Positions 36,514 through 49,025 of a DNA stretch of 64,000 nucleotides are shown piece by piece. Numbering within the stretch: position 1 is the stretch's first letter; the number at the start of each line of letters is the position of its first letter. This stretch comes from Leucoraja ocellata. Taxonomy: Eukaryota. The notes beneath the pieces are model-generated. The model worked only from the letters and a program-made list of their open reading frames with translations. It was not told the DNA's origin and made no database searches. The stretch covers positions 1,674,001-1,738,000 of the forward strand of contig JAWMAR010000077.1 of assembly GCA_036785375.1 (NCBI GenBank). The letters are read 5' to 3'. Both the position numbers and the translations under genes were made by a program.

Positions 36514-38128
36514 AGGTTGAACACCTATTTTCCAGCAACTGATGGTCTGCCCACACCTATAACCCGGACACAATTATGAGAGCTCAGCTGAAATTCCCTG
36601 AGCGTCCAGATGGCATTGCGAGTGGGGAACCCTCTTTCCGGTCATGTCCCTACATCGTGAAAGAATTAACTAGTAAGTAAGTATGTTTTATTTATATAGC
36701 ATGTTTTAAGTCAACTCGCATTGACACCAAAGTGCTTTACATAAAATAGATAATAAGTTTCCATACAAACCAGAGAAAAAGGTTAAAAAAAATTAAGAAA
36801 ATGGACACAACACATTATAGAGTTCAACACAAACATCCCCTATGTTCAACTATGTTCAACTATGTTCAAGAAGGAACTGCAGATGCTGGAAAATCGAAGG
36901 TAGACAAAAGTGCTGGTGAAACTCAGCGGGTGCGGCAGCATCTATGGAGCGAAGGAAATAGGCAACGTTTCGGGCCGAAACCCTTCTTCAGACCGAGGCA
37001 AGTTTGAAGAAACCCAGTCTGAAGAAGGGTTTCGGCCCGAAACGTTGCCTATTTCCTTCGATCCATAAATGCTGCCTCACCCGCTGAGTTTCTCCAGCAC
37101 TTTTGTCTACCAAAGAATGCTCTCAATCTTCTCTCCTAAGCCCCCTTCTAACAAATGTTGAATGTAGTGGATGGACCAGCCTACCCATGCTTAGCTCACA
37201 CTGTCTCCCCGCCCATTTAGAGCCTCGGCCTCTGATGCCACTCCAGCCTAGCAAGGTGCATCAGCGACCCTTTCTTCACCTACTGAGAGGACACAAAGTG
37301 CTAGAGTAATTCAGCGGGTCAGGATCCCTAGAGAACATAGATAGGTGACATCAGGACTCTTCCTCAGATTCATTCAGTCGGATGAATTACTCCAGCACTT
37401 TGTGTTTCAGTGTGCCCCCTCAGTCACCGTGAGGCTCCCTCTCCTCTCACCCGCTGTTGCTTCCAAGGTGGAGTATATCTGCGACTCCTGGGGAGGATGA
37501 GATGGCAGTGGTGGTGGAGGGGAGGGGGCGGAGGGGTGGAGAAGAAAGTGGCTACCTAAAGGTCAGTAGGTGTGGCCTAACCCCCCCCCCCCCCCACCCC
37601 CACCTCATCCTTCTCCCCCAGAGTCACCGATATACTCCACCTTAGAAACGACAACAGGTGAGAGGGGAGGGAGCCCCATGGTGACCGATGGAGCATAATG
37701 AAACACAAAGTGCTGGAGTAACGCAGCCGACTGAATCAGTCTGAGGAAGGGTCCCGATGTTGTCTATTCATGTTCTCCAGAGATTATGACCTGCTGAATT
37801 ACTCCAGCACTTTGTATCCTTTCGGTGGGTGAAGAAGGGCTCGCTAGTGCGAGTTAGGAGTGGTATCGGAGACTCTAAACGGCCATGTAGACGGTGCGAG
37901 TTGGGATAGGTTGGCAGGTCCTTCCATTGACATTCAGTTTACATTTTATATTTGTTTTATTTTAAGTTTCTGGCACACCATGATGCTTTAGAAACACAGG
38001 AGGACAGTTATTAGCAAGCCAGATGTGTATTGTCGATTCATTGTCACATGACCCCTGTTAGTCCAGAAAAACAGATAATCCAGAAAGGCTTTGGAACCGA
38101 GGGTGTCGGAAAATTCGGTGTTCAACCT
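36514..38128. mobile_element. Tc1/mariner (Tigger/pogo-like) non-autonomous element carrying further nested repeats
   Basis: TIRs AGGTTGAACACC (36514) and GGTGTTCAACCT (38117-38128), inserted at the TA of the CR1 sequence. Confidence 0.6.
37159..37936. repeat. ~780-bp imperfect foldback (inverted repeat)
   Basis: Arms align throughout, e.g. TGAATGTAGTGGATGGACC versus GGTCCTTCCATTGACATTCA, and AAGGTGGAGTATATC versus GATATACTCCACCTT; short central spacer at ~37535-37580. Confidence 0.85.
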
Positions 38129-39101
38129 ATACTCCAAATGTAGTTTGACCTAATGTAGTGCCTTATAAAACCTCAGCATCACCTCCCTGCATTTGTGTTC
38201 TAGTCCTCTCAAAATGAATGGTAACATTGGATTTGTCTTCTTCACTATAGATTCAAACTGTAAATGTTTTGGGAATCCTGCACCAGCACTCCCAAGTCCC
38301 TTTGCGCCTCTGATTTCTGAATTCTCGCCCCATTTAGAAAGTAGTCCACACTTGTATTCCTAAAACCAAAGTGCATAACTGCACATTTTGCTGTACTGCA
38401 GTCTATCTGCCACTTTGCCCACTTTCCCAACTTGCCCAAGTCCTCTTGCAGACTCACTGCTTCCCCTACACTACCTGCCACTCCACATATCTTCGTATCA
38501 TCTGCAGACTTGGCCACAAAGTCATCAATTCCATCATTCAAATCATTAACATAAAACGTGAAAAGTAGTGGACACACACCAACCCCTGCAGAACGTCACT
38601 ATCCACTGGCAGCCCACCAGAAAAAGCCACCTTTATTCACACTCTTTGCCTTCTGCCATTAAGCCAATCTTCTAGCCATGCTGGTATCTTCCCTCTAATA
38701 CCATGGGCTCTCATCTTGTTTAGCAGCCTCTTGGTTATAACACAAAACGACGCAAAGTGCTCCAGTAACTCAGCAGGTCAGCCTGACCCACTGAGGTAGT
38801 CTAGTACTTTGTGTCGTTTTATCTTAAAACTAGCACCAATACTGCTGGTCTGCACCAGTGAACCCATCTTCAGCAGCTGCCACACCGACTGGTTCTGGTT
38901 TGAATTTGTTTCTCATTCAAAAGATGGTACTGTAAGTTGAATATAGGTTGTAGATAAATCAAAAGACCAGACAGGCAACATTGAAAAGTGTAGACTTCAA
39001 TACTCGTGATTCATCTTTTATCAGGGCTTTGTATATCATCTGCTCTACCCAGTGTACTGAGGGATAGTACATTTAAAAGTAAATAGAGTAACTTTACTAA
39101 C

Positions 39102-39222
39102 TGTTTTCATCCTTTGCCTCTTGTGGCAAAACTTTAAAATCCAGAAACCACGTCTCGATCCAGGCCAGTATGAAGGAGATTATTGGCAGCAAATAGGCAA
39201 AGGCTGTACCTTCCATCAAGAG
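39102..39222 (-). CDS. STARD3NL: STARD3NL coding exon 5
   Basis: LLMEGTAFAYLLPIISFILAWIETWFLDFKVLPQEAKDEN; AG and GTTAGT borders; 121 nt. Confidence 0.95.
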
Positions 39223-39324
39223 CTAAAGTGAAATCAGACATGTTTAGGTCAAAGAAATTAGCTGCAGGTATATCTCAGCATAAATCTTTTGGACAGAACG
39301 CAAGTTTCAATGATTACTTCATAC

Positions 39325-39378
39325 CTTGGAAATGATGACCTTTGCAATTAGAAAGGCACTGGTAACAGCAGTTGTAAC
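39325..39378 (-). CDS. STARD3NL: STARD3NL coding exon 4
   Basis: VTTAVTSAFLIAKVIISK; 54 nt; AG and GTATGA borders. Confidence 0.95.
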
Positions 39379-39539
39379 CTGGAACAGAAGAAGCATTCTC
39401 TGTTACAGCAGAGTTCGGGCTATGAAAACTTTTACACCTAATCGCAAATGTTATTTGAATGAAGGCATATTTACAGTGAAAAGGGAACTCAAGGAAAATA
39501 AACCATAAAGAGTAAGCTACCACAATGTGATAAGTTTTA

Positions 39540-42490
39540 ATCTGCAATTTGAAGGAGAGAAGGCGATATTGGATGTGTCAGTATCGCAGCTGGCCAAAAG
39601 GGGACTACAGAGGCATGAGGGAGGAGCTGGCCATAGTTGACTGGAAAAGGACCCTAGCAGGGATGACAGTGGAACAGCAATGGCACGGATTTATAACCAT
39701 ATAATAATATAACAATTACAGCACGGAAACAGGCCATCTCGACCCTTCTGCCGAACACATAATCTCCCCTAGTCCCATATACCTGCGCTCAGACCATAAC
39801 CCTCCATTCCCTTCCCATCCATATAACTATCCAATTTATTTTTAAATGATAAAAACGAACCTGCCTCCACCACCTTCACTGGAAGCTCATTCCACACAGC
39901 CACCACTCTCCGAGTAAAGAAGTTCCCCCTCATGTTACCCCTAAACTTCAGTCCCTTAATTCTCATGTCATGTCCCCTTGTTTGAATCTTCCCTACTCTC
40001 AGTGGGAAAAGCTTTTCCACGTCAACTCTGTCTATCCCTCTCATCATTTTAAAAACCTCTATCAAGTCCCCCCTTAACCTTCTGCGCTCCAAAGAATAAA
40101 GCCCTAACTTGTTCAACCTTTCTCTGTAACTTAGTTGCTGAAACCCAGGCAACATTCTAGTAAATCTCCTCTGTACTCTCTCTACTTTGTTGACATCCTT
40201 CCTATAATTAGGCGACCAAAATTGTACACCATACTCCAGAATTGGCCTCACCAATGTCTTGTACAATTTTAACATTACATCCCAACTTCTATACTCAATG
40301 CTCTGATTTATAAAGGCCAGCACACCAAAAGCTTTCTTTACCACCCTATCTACATGAGATTCCACTTTCAGGGAACTGTGCACAGTTATTCCCAGATCCC
40401 TCTGTTCACCTACATTCTTCAATTCCCTACCATTTACCATGTACTCCATGGATTTCTGGGAATAATCCGGAAGATGCAGGATCTTTTCATTCCAAAGAGG
40501 AAGAAAGATTCTAGGGGGAGAAAGAGGAAACCGTGGCTGACAAGGGAAGTCACAGACAGAATAAAACTAAAAGAGAAGGCGTATAACATAGCAAAGTTTA
40601 GTGGGAAGCCAGAGGATTGGGAAGCTTTTAAATAACAGAGGGTAACTAAAAAGACAATAAGGGGAGAAATTAAGAAATACAGATGTAAGCTAGCCAATAA
40701 TATAAAATAGGATAGCAAGAGTTTCTTCAGTTATATAAAGAGCAAGAAAGAGGCAAGAGTGTCCATTGGACCGCTGGAGAATGATGCAGGAGAAGTGATA
40801 ATGGGGAATAAAGTAATGGCAGAGGAGTTGAATAACTTTTTTTGCATCAGTCTTCACAGTGGAAGACACCAGCAATATGCCTGAAATTCAAGAGAGGCAG
40901 GGAGTCAAAGTTAGTGGTGGCTATTTCTAGGGAGAGGATGCTTGGGAAGCTGAAAGGGCTGAAGGTGGATAGGTTACTTGGGCCGGATGGACTGCACCCT
41001 AGGGTTCTGAAAGAGGTGGCTTTAGAGATTGTGGAGGCATTGATAGTGATATTCCAGGAATCACTAGAATCAGGAGGGGTCGCAGATGACTGGAAAATTG
41101 CCAATATTACCCCGCAGCACAAAAAGGGAGCAAGACAGAATAGTGGGAACTTTAGGACAGTTAGTCTGACTTTGGTGGTTGGTAAGATTTTAGAGTCCAT
41201 TATAAAGGATGAGGTTACGGAGTTATGAGAAGTTCACGATAAAATAGCCCAAAGTCAGCATGGCTTTGTGAAGGGGAAGTCTTGCTTGACATATTTGCTG
41301 GAATTCTTTGAAAAAGTAAATAGCAGCTCAGACAAAGGAGAGTCAGTAGATGTTGTTTACTTAGATAAGGTGCCACACGTTAGGCTGCCCACGGTATCAA
41401 AGGGCAGATACAAGCATGGATAGCAGGTTGGCTGGATGACAGAAGACAAAGAGTGGCAATAAAGGGGGCTTTTTCTGGTTGGCTGCCAGTGACTAGTGGA
41501 GGTTCGCAAGGGTCAGTGCTGGGGCCGCTACTCTTCACATTTTATATTAATGATTTGGACGAAGGGATTGAAGACTCTGTGACCAAGTTTGCGGATGATA
41601 CGAAAATAGGTGGCGAGGCAGTTAGTGCAGAGAAAGCAGGGACTCTGCAGAAGGACTTGGACAGGTTGGGAGTGGGCAGAGAATTGGCAGATGGAGTATT
41701 GTGAAGCAAAGTGTGCAGTCATGCATTTTGGTACTAGGAACAATGGCGTAGACAATTTTCTAAATGGGGTGAGAATCCTGAAATCAGAGGTGCACAGGGG
41801 CTTGGGAATGCTAGTGCAGGATTCTCAAAAAGTTACTCTGTAAGTCGAATCGGTAGCAAAGAAAGCAAACACAATGCGAACGGCATTCATTTCAAGAGGG
41901 CTTATATACAAAAACAGGGAAAAACAGAGGCTCTATAAAGCGCTGGTAAGGCTGCCTTTGGAATATTGCGAGCAATTTTGGGCACCATATCTGACGAAGG
42001 ATATACTGGCTCTGGAGAGGGTCCAGAGGAGGTTTACAAGAATAATCCAGGAATTAGTAGGTTAACCAATGATGCGCATTTGTCGGCACTGGGCCTGTAC
42101 TCGCTGGAGTTCAGAAGAATGAGGGGGGGACCTCATTGAAACATACAGAATAGTGAAAGGCTTGGATAGAGTGGATGTGGAGAGGAGTTTCCACCAGTGG
42201 GAGAGACTGCGACTAGAGGTGATAACCTCAGAATTAAAGGACGTTCTTTTAGGAAGATGAGGAGAAATGTATTTTGTCAGAGGGTGGTGAATCTGTGGAA
42301 TTCTTTGCCAAGTCAAGTCAGTGAATATTTTTAAGGCAGAGATAGATTCTTGATTAGTAAAGGTGTCAGAGGTTATGGGGAGAAGGAAGGAGAATGGGGT
42401 GAGGAGGGAGAGATAGCTCAGCCATAATTGAATGTCACAGTAGACTTGATGGGCCAAATAGCCAAATTCTACTCCTATTCCTTATGAGCT
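39540..42490 (+). mobile_element. Long decayed CR1 LINE
   Basis: ORF2 remnants KPWLTREV, GPDGLHPRVLKE, QGSVLGPLLF and KFADDTK with many stops; interrupted by a younger CR1. Confidence 0.9.
39693..40445 (-). mobile_element. Young 5'-truncated CR1 nested in the older CR1
   Basis: Open 226-aa ORF2 C-terminus, very similar to the 22877-24192 copy. Confidence 0.92.
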
Positions 42491-42933
42491 TATATAAAAA
42501 CAACCTGGTGCTCTACCATTTCTAATACGCCCGCTGTCTCCAACATGTTCAGGCTGCTCTGTTGTCTATACAGTGGGAAAACAACATTTGGAGGAAATTG
42601 CTAATGTTCTCATCCAACAGATCATTGTTATTGATAATTAGTTGTCAGGATACAACGTCTATAATCACCTTGTATTAGACTTGCCTTTGTAACCAGGCAA
42701 AAGGCAAGTTTATTGCTCAAGTGATTGTAGAGAATATATCCTTTTGGACAGTTGTCAATGTGGACAGTTAGCACTAAGACCTTGATTCTTTTCCCTGCAA
42801 GATAGTGCCATAACCTAAAAATCAGATGTGTACAATATTTTTCAAATTTTTGCCTGATTTGAAAAGAGTCGTGTTTCTGGGCTACATTTAATAGGTCAAT
42901 TTCCTATCATAACAGCCGAGAAGAGTCACTCAC

Positions 42934-43011
42934 CGCGATCACCCACCAATGGCGTAACCTACACAGTGCGTATGCAAAAATTAGCATAAAGAATCGAAAT
43001 ACTGCCAGTAA
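42934..43011 (-). CDS. STARD3NL: STARD3NL coding exon 3
   Basis: LLAVFRFFMLIFAYALCRLRHWWVIA; 78 nt; AG and GTGAGT borders. Confidence 0.95.
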
Positions 43012-43104
43012 CTGCAAAAACAAAGAGAGATAGATAAAACTCACACCAGATTTAGAATGGAGCATTTAGCAAGTTCTTCAAGGGAAATGAGAACATTTAC
43101 TCAC

Positions 43105-43182
43105 AAATATATCGAAGTAAGAGTGTTGGAAATTATAATTAATAACTTCATTCTTTAAACTATTAATTATGCCTCCATCTAC
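43105..43182 (-). CDS. STARD3NL: STARD3NL coding exon 2
   Basis: VDGGIINSLKNEVINYNFQHSYFDIF; 78 nt; AG and GTGAGT borders. Confidence 0.95.
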
Positions 43183-45335
43183 CTAGAAAACGTAAAAAGA
43201 AAGATAAGTAGAATCACTTTGTCAACAGTTGTTCTTGAAACTGAGTGAAATAATGTTACATCTAGAAATGTTTGGTAACTATTTTTAAATTTAAAATGTG
43301 GATCAAATACACATAACAATTTTTACCACTCAAAGTGACACCACTTTATTAATAATTATTTCAACAAAATTAATGTGTTCTGTTTGTGAAATTCTAAACA
43401 GTGCTGTGATTCACAGCAAGAAAACAGGCCCTTCAGCCCAAGTCGTCCATGCTGATCACGATGCTCCATCTAAGCTAGTCCCCATGTCTGTGTTTGGCCC
43501 ATATCTCTCTAAACCTTTCCTCTCCATACCTGTCCAAGTGTGTGTTTAAATGCTGTTATAGAACTTGTCTCAACTGCTGAACCTGAAGGGCTACTTTTCC
43601 AATCAGAGGGTGGTTCTCCATATACCCACCACCCTCTGATTGAAAAAGTTGCCCCTCAGGTTCATATTAAATATTGCCCATCGCGTCCAAATGCAATACA
43701 TCTCAGTTATTTGCATTAAGCCCCATAAGCCCCATTCCGCAGCCCTCTTGGTGAGATGATGAAGAGCCTGCTGTAATTTTTAATAACCTTTTGCATTATC
43801 TACGATACCACCTACTTTAATGTCAGCTGTAAACTTACTAAATCTTGCTTTGTACATTCTCATCCAAATCGCTGTCACACCTCTCGCCACAGGTCTCTAG
43901 TCCGAAAAACAGTCTTTTACTGCCACCGTTGCCTTCCTTCCATTAAGCAAATTCTGTGTCCAGTTTGCTAGATCTCCATGGATCTCATTGATAATATTGG
44001 CCAAATAAATATGTCACAAAATGGAGGATCTCTGCATTTGCAAAGCCTGCTTGTTCTCCTTCTGTAAAAAGCTGCAGGGCCATAAGTCATGGCTCCAGGG
44101 TGTCTGGACCCTGGGAGGAAGTAAGTACAAGATGATGTCCAGATGTTCTCCCTATTGTTAATATGTATGAGGGTTTTGCAGAAAGAGCTGGGCAGGGTTG
44201 CAAATGCATGATCAAGATTGGTTATAGATTGGGGTGTTGTAAAGTATTGTTAATTATGTTGTAGAGTGTTTGTGCTGTTATCTTATGATTGGTCAACGTA
44301 TGGAGCCTTGTTCAAATTGTTTATACTACCTGGGGAAATGTTTCTTTACTTTGGTGAACTGTCTTCTATGGAAATAATGTAATGGGATACTTTGTGATTG
44401 GGTTAGGGAACTGTCAATAAATGTATTATATGATCTTTATTTGTGATTAGCTTTTAGAGGTCCCCCCCCCCATATAGTTTTGCACCACAGGGAAAACTAC
44501 AGTCATAGGATTGAACTTGGGTCTCTGGCGTAGTTCGGCAGCAAGTCTACCACTGCGTCACCATGTCACCCAGTACAAAAAAATGAAAGTAGGAAATCGG
44601 CTCAACTGCAAAATTGAAAGCAAAGGTTCCCGGAATATTATAAAAGAAAATAAATCAGATCCACAAAAAAAATCATGTTGTGCAATTCTGGTCAACTAAC
44701 TACTGAAATAAAGTTGCTGGCTGAAGATCATAGGGAAAACAGAATTTACTGTCAGGAGAAACAGAGATAAAACTGCAAAAGTCTTCAGTCACAGACCAGC
44801 AGAAGAATTTACACATAATTCGGTTTACAACTCTTTCTCAACAAAGAGCAAGGATGCTAATGGTGTGGAACCAGGATAGAAAAGGGAACAGGGGTAGAAA
44901 TATCAACACAAAGCTGATAAATACAGAAGTTATCTATAGTTTACTGTGACTTCCCAACAAAGTTACCATCATTAGATGAATAAAAACATGACCCGATTGT
45001 TATATCTGATTTTGCAATAACAAACTTTCTGACCAAATCATAGCTGACATTTAAAATATAAAATGAATATTCCTGACAAAGGCAGAAAACATAACCATAA
45101 ACTGTAGGCCTTGATCCCATCTGTTCCGAAGGAAAGCTTGTGTACAACTACTCTCCATCCATTTTTGGTGAGATCCTGCCCTCTATGCTTTCGCCACAAG
45201 CCAAGCCTCCCACTGACTCCTTCTCCCAGCTGTTACTTAACCCCACAATTAAATCCACAAGGTCATTTCAATAAACAACAGAATTATTAAAACCTGTTCA
45301 TCAGAATGCAAATCAATAAAAAGTTTAGTACTTAC

Positions 45336-45560
45336 ATTCAATTCGATTATCCACAACAAACCAACAAATAGTAGATCAAACGTAACAAATAAACAGAAAG
45401 TCCTCCTGACATCAGAAATATTTCTTTTACCAATTGGTTTATACGAGTCTAACCTAGCTGCAACTTGGGCTGCGGTGATGGATTGCATAGTACTGATGGA
45501 GGCACTGTGACCAAAGGAATTGACTCCAGCATTTTCCGGGCCAGTCGGCAATTTGCTCAT
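45336..45560 (-). CDS. STARD3NL: STARD3NL first coding exon (start of MENTAL domain); exon extends to 45609 with 5' UTR
   Basis: MSKLPTGPENAG...ISDVRRTFCLFVTFDLLFVGLLWIIELN|GTAAGT; acceptor TTTCGCAG at 45610. The spliced CDS totals 696 nt (231 aa) and has no START domain, so it is STARD3NL rather than STARD3. Confidence 0.95.
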
Positions 45561-46114
45561 CCTGCAAGGGCCTGGCGCCAATCATTAACAGATTCAGCAT
45601 CACCACAAGCTGCGAAAGAACATAAACGTAAACGTAAGATCTCAGGAGTGCAGAGTTAAAACAATTTAATAAAACTAACTAGACTTGAATAAATATAAAA
45701 GTTAACAACTTATTGGTGGAAATAAGCAACTACAAATTATCATATAGTAAAAGAGAAATAAACTGTTCTCTTCTTTCTCCCCCTGGCATTTATCCCAGTA
45801 AATAATGTGTCCTCAGAGAACAGTACACGTTTACAATTGTAAGCTTGATAATAATTATGCTGGAGAGCAACTTTAAAATAGAACAACACTCCAGGCACTT
45901 CAAGTCAAGAGAGTTTATTGTCATGTGTCCCAGATAGGACAATAACATTCTTGCTTGCTGCAGCACAACAGAATATAGTAACATGCACTTCCCAAGAAAA
46001 TTAACAGCATTTGACAAAAACACATCAGAAAATAGTAGCTGATCAGCCAGAAACATGATAAGCATGATAGATAGGCATGATAAGCAGGAAAAGAAGGAAG
46101 TAGAGGAACAATCT

Positions 46115-46290
46115 GAGTGTAACTATCTCCCAGTTGCCAAACATTTCAACTCTCCTTTCCACTCCCATACCGACTTTTCTGCCATGAGTTTCCTCCACTG
46201 TCAGAGTCACACACAAATTGGAGCAACAGCACCTCATATTTCACTTGGGCAGCTTACAACCCAGCCAACTGATTTCCTAACTTCAAAGGT
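46115..46290 (+). mobile_element. Penelope-like element GIY-YIG C-terminal fragment
   Basis: LPVAKHFNSPFHSHTD and, after a frameshift, EQQHLIFHLGSLQP. Confidence 0.75.
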
Positions 46291-49025
46291 ACACAAAAAT
46301 GCTGGAGAAACTCAGCGGGTGCAGCAGCATCTATGGAGCGAAGGAAATAATATTTGTGTGTACCTTCGATCTTCCAGCATCTGCAGTTCCTTCTTGAACA
46401 CTCCTAACTTCGAGCTGTCTGACCCAGAGTTACTCCAGCATGTTGCGTCTATCTTTAGTAGCTGAAGACTTGGTCACAGATGATGGAGTGATCATAATCA
46501 AGACCCAATGTCCAGAAATAGAGGAATACAAAGATTTCAAGGATCAGAGAGCACTGTGGATTATAGAACTTGGCCATGGAGGAACATGGAAAACCAGAAT
46601 GAGGATCTTATAATTGCAGCATTGCTTACCAAAAAGGCCCACTTCAAAATGTAATCACTACTCTACTCACTCCAACCTGCGCGAGATAACCACTGATGAG
46701 GTGTTTGCGCAGTAATCAACCAGAACCAGAACTGTCAGTCAGCAAGCTCAGAGGTGATGGGTGAAACGGATGTAGTGCAGGTAAAGAAGATCAGCAACGT
46801 ACTGTATGAGCTGTTGCTCACAGATCAGCTCTTTCCTCTCCACCTGTGTCATTAGTCACATAAGTACTGTGGTTATCACAGCAGGTCAGAAGCTGGGTAT
46901 CCTGTAGCGAGCGACTCACCTCCCAACACTCAAGGCTTTCCACCCGCTATGCAAGTAAAACTCAGCGATATGGCAGAATGCTCTCCACTCACCTACATGA
47001 ATGTAGCTGCAACAACACAAACAGCACACTATTCGGAAATAAATAGCCTGCTTGATTAGCATCCCAACTGAGATACTAACCACTCAATTCAACTATCGTT
47101 GTTGCAGCACCATGTGCCGCCTTCAAAATTTCAGGCCGCTCCAATAGCACATCAGAAGGACGAGGGGACTATGGGCATGGGAACACCACCACCTGCAGTT
47201 TCTCCTTAAAGTTACACGTAATTGTGTCTTGAAAATATATTGTTGTCCTTTTTGCAGAATTGACTTGATGGGCCGAATGACCCAATTCTGCTCCTATCAC
47301 GTTACCTTATGAGTACAAAAAAAGGGAAGTAATGTTGAACCTGAATAAAATGCCACTTAGGTCATAAATATAGTTTTGCTTCCCATTTTATATCACTAAA
47401 GAGTGGTGAAAGGCATGAAAGCCATAAAGAGTGAAGAGCAAAACACGAACCACCAGATTCAGGAGCAGCTACTTCCTCGTTGTTATCAGTCTACTGAATG
47501 GACATCTCGTAAACTAAGGGTGTAGTCCCAACCTACTTCTTTTTGCACTATTTTTAATCTGCACTTTCCTGCGTATATGTAACACGATATTCTGCACTCT
47601 AGTTCTTTTTCTCTTTGCGCTACACATTGTGTCTGTGTACGGCTTGATTATACTCACATACAATACAACTTGACTGGATAGCACTCAATACATCTCTGTA
47701 CAAGTGACGATAATAAATCAATACGAATATATACTAGAATGGTTTCAGCAATGATACATTTCAGCCAAAAGGTTTATTGATTATACATTAATAATGAATT
47801 TGTCAAACTTGAAACCCATGGAATTAAAAGGGATGCAGTAGCATGGGTACAATATTGATTAAGAAATTGAGTTTTTAAAGTTTGTTTTTGGACTATGGGA
47901 TATTTACGGGAAGGTTTCCCGAGAGTCAACACCAAGACCACTTTTCTTAATATATATTAATGATCTGCACTTGGGAAAATGGTACTTAATTTAAGTTTTC
48001 CTTTTAAGTTTAAATTATTCATTAAATCTGCAAGGAATGTACCAACAATGGATAGAACCAAAAATAAATTAACTATATATAACTATAATAAATAAACAAG
48101 AACTGATGGAATAATGGGAGAATTAGAGCAAGGACATTTGTGGCAAAGTCTGATAAGATTATCACATCAAAGTTAGGTACAAGAACAGGACTGATAAACA
48201 AAATAATGATGTCTATGGAGCAAAGAGATAGTCTGGGAGACTTATTTCAGATCAAAGCAAACAAAATAACAGGGTCTAAGAGGTCAGCGGGCAGTCTAGA
48301 AGAAAAGAAGCTGCAAACAAGTGAACACAACAAGAAATGACCTTGCTACAGCCTCTCAAAGAGGAAGTCACTGAGGTACTGAGGAACAGAGTGACTCTGT
48401 TAAGCATTGCTTCTTTGTACTAGATGCAACTTACTTAACTAATTTGTTGTCCTTTCTGACAACACCACTGTTGTTGGTTGTATCGCTGGTGATGGTGTGT
48501 CAGCATAAAGGAGAGAGATAAGACATGTGGTTGAGAGGTTTCACAATAACAACTTCTCGCTCAACATGACTGGCCTTGGGTCCAGCACACAGATGTCATT
48601 ATGAAAAAGGCACACCAGTGCCTACTGAGTTACTCCAGCTTTGTGTGTCTATCCTCTACTTTCTTATGCTTGAAGAGATTTAACATGTTTCTGAATACAC
48701 TAATAAACTTTGAAACATTTTACCGTAGAAAGTATATTCACAGGTTGCAAGACATCATGGCCTGGTACGGCAATTCCAACGGATAGTAACGCAAGAAGCT
48801 GCAGAGAGCAGTAGACTTAGTCCCGTCTATCATGGGAACAGCTTTCATCTCCATTGAAATCTCCATCTCCATTTCTATCTCTAACTCTATACGAGGTGCT
48901 GCCTCAAGAATCTATCATCAAGGATCCCCAACAAAGGGCCCTTACCCTCTTGTCACTCATATGATCCCACACCATCAGGTTCAGGTATAGCCACTTTCTT
49001 ACAACTATCAGGTTTGTGAACTAAC

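Larger units (their letters stand above)
35990..38730 (-). mobile_element. Decayed CR1 split by a nested insertion complex
   Basis: CR1 sequence stops at CTGCTCACAA (36510) and resumes at TACTCCAAATG (~38130); RT piece at 38245-38577. Confidence 0.75.
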
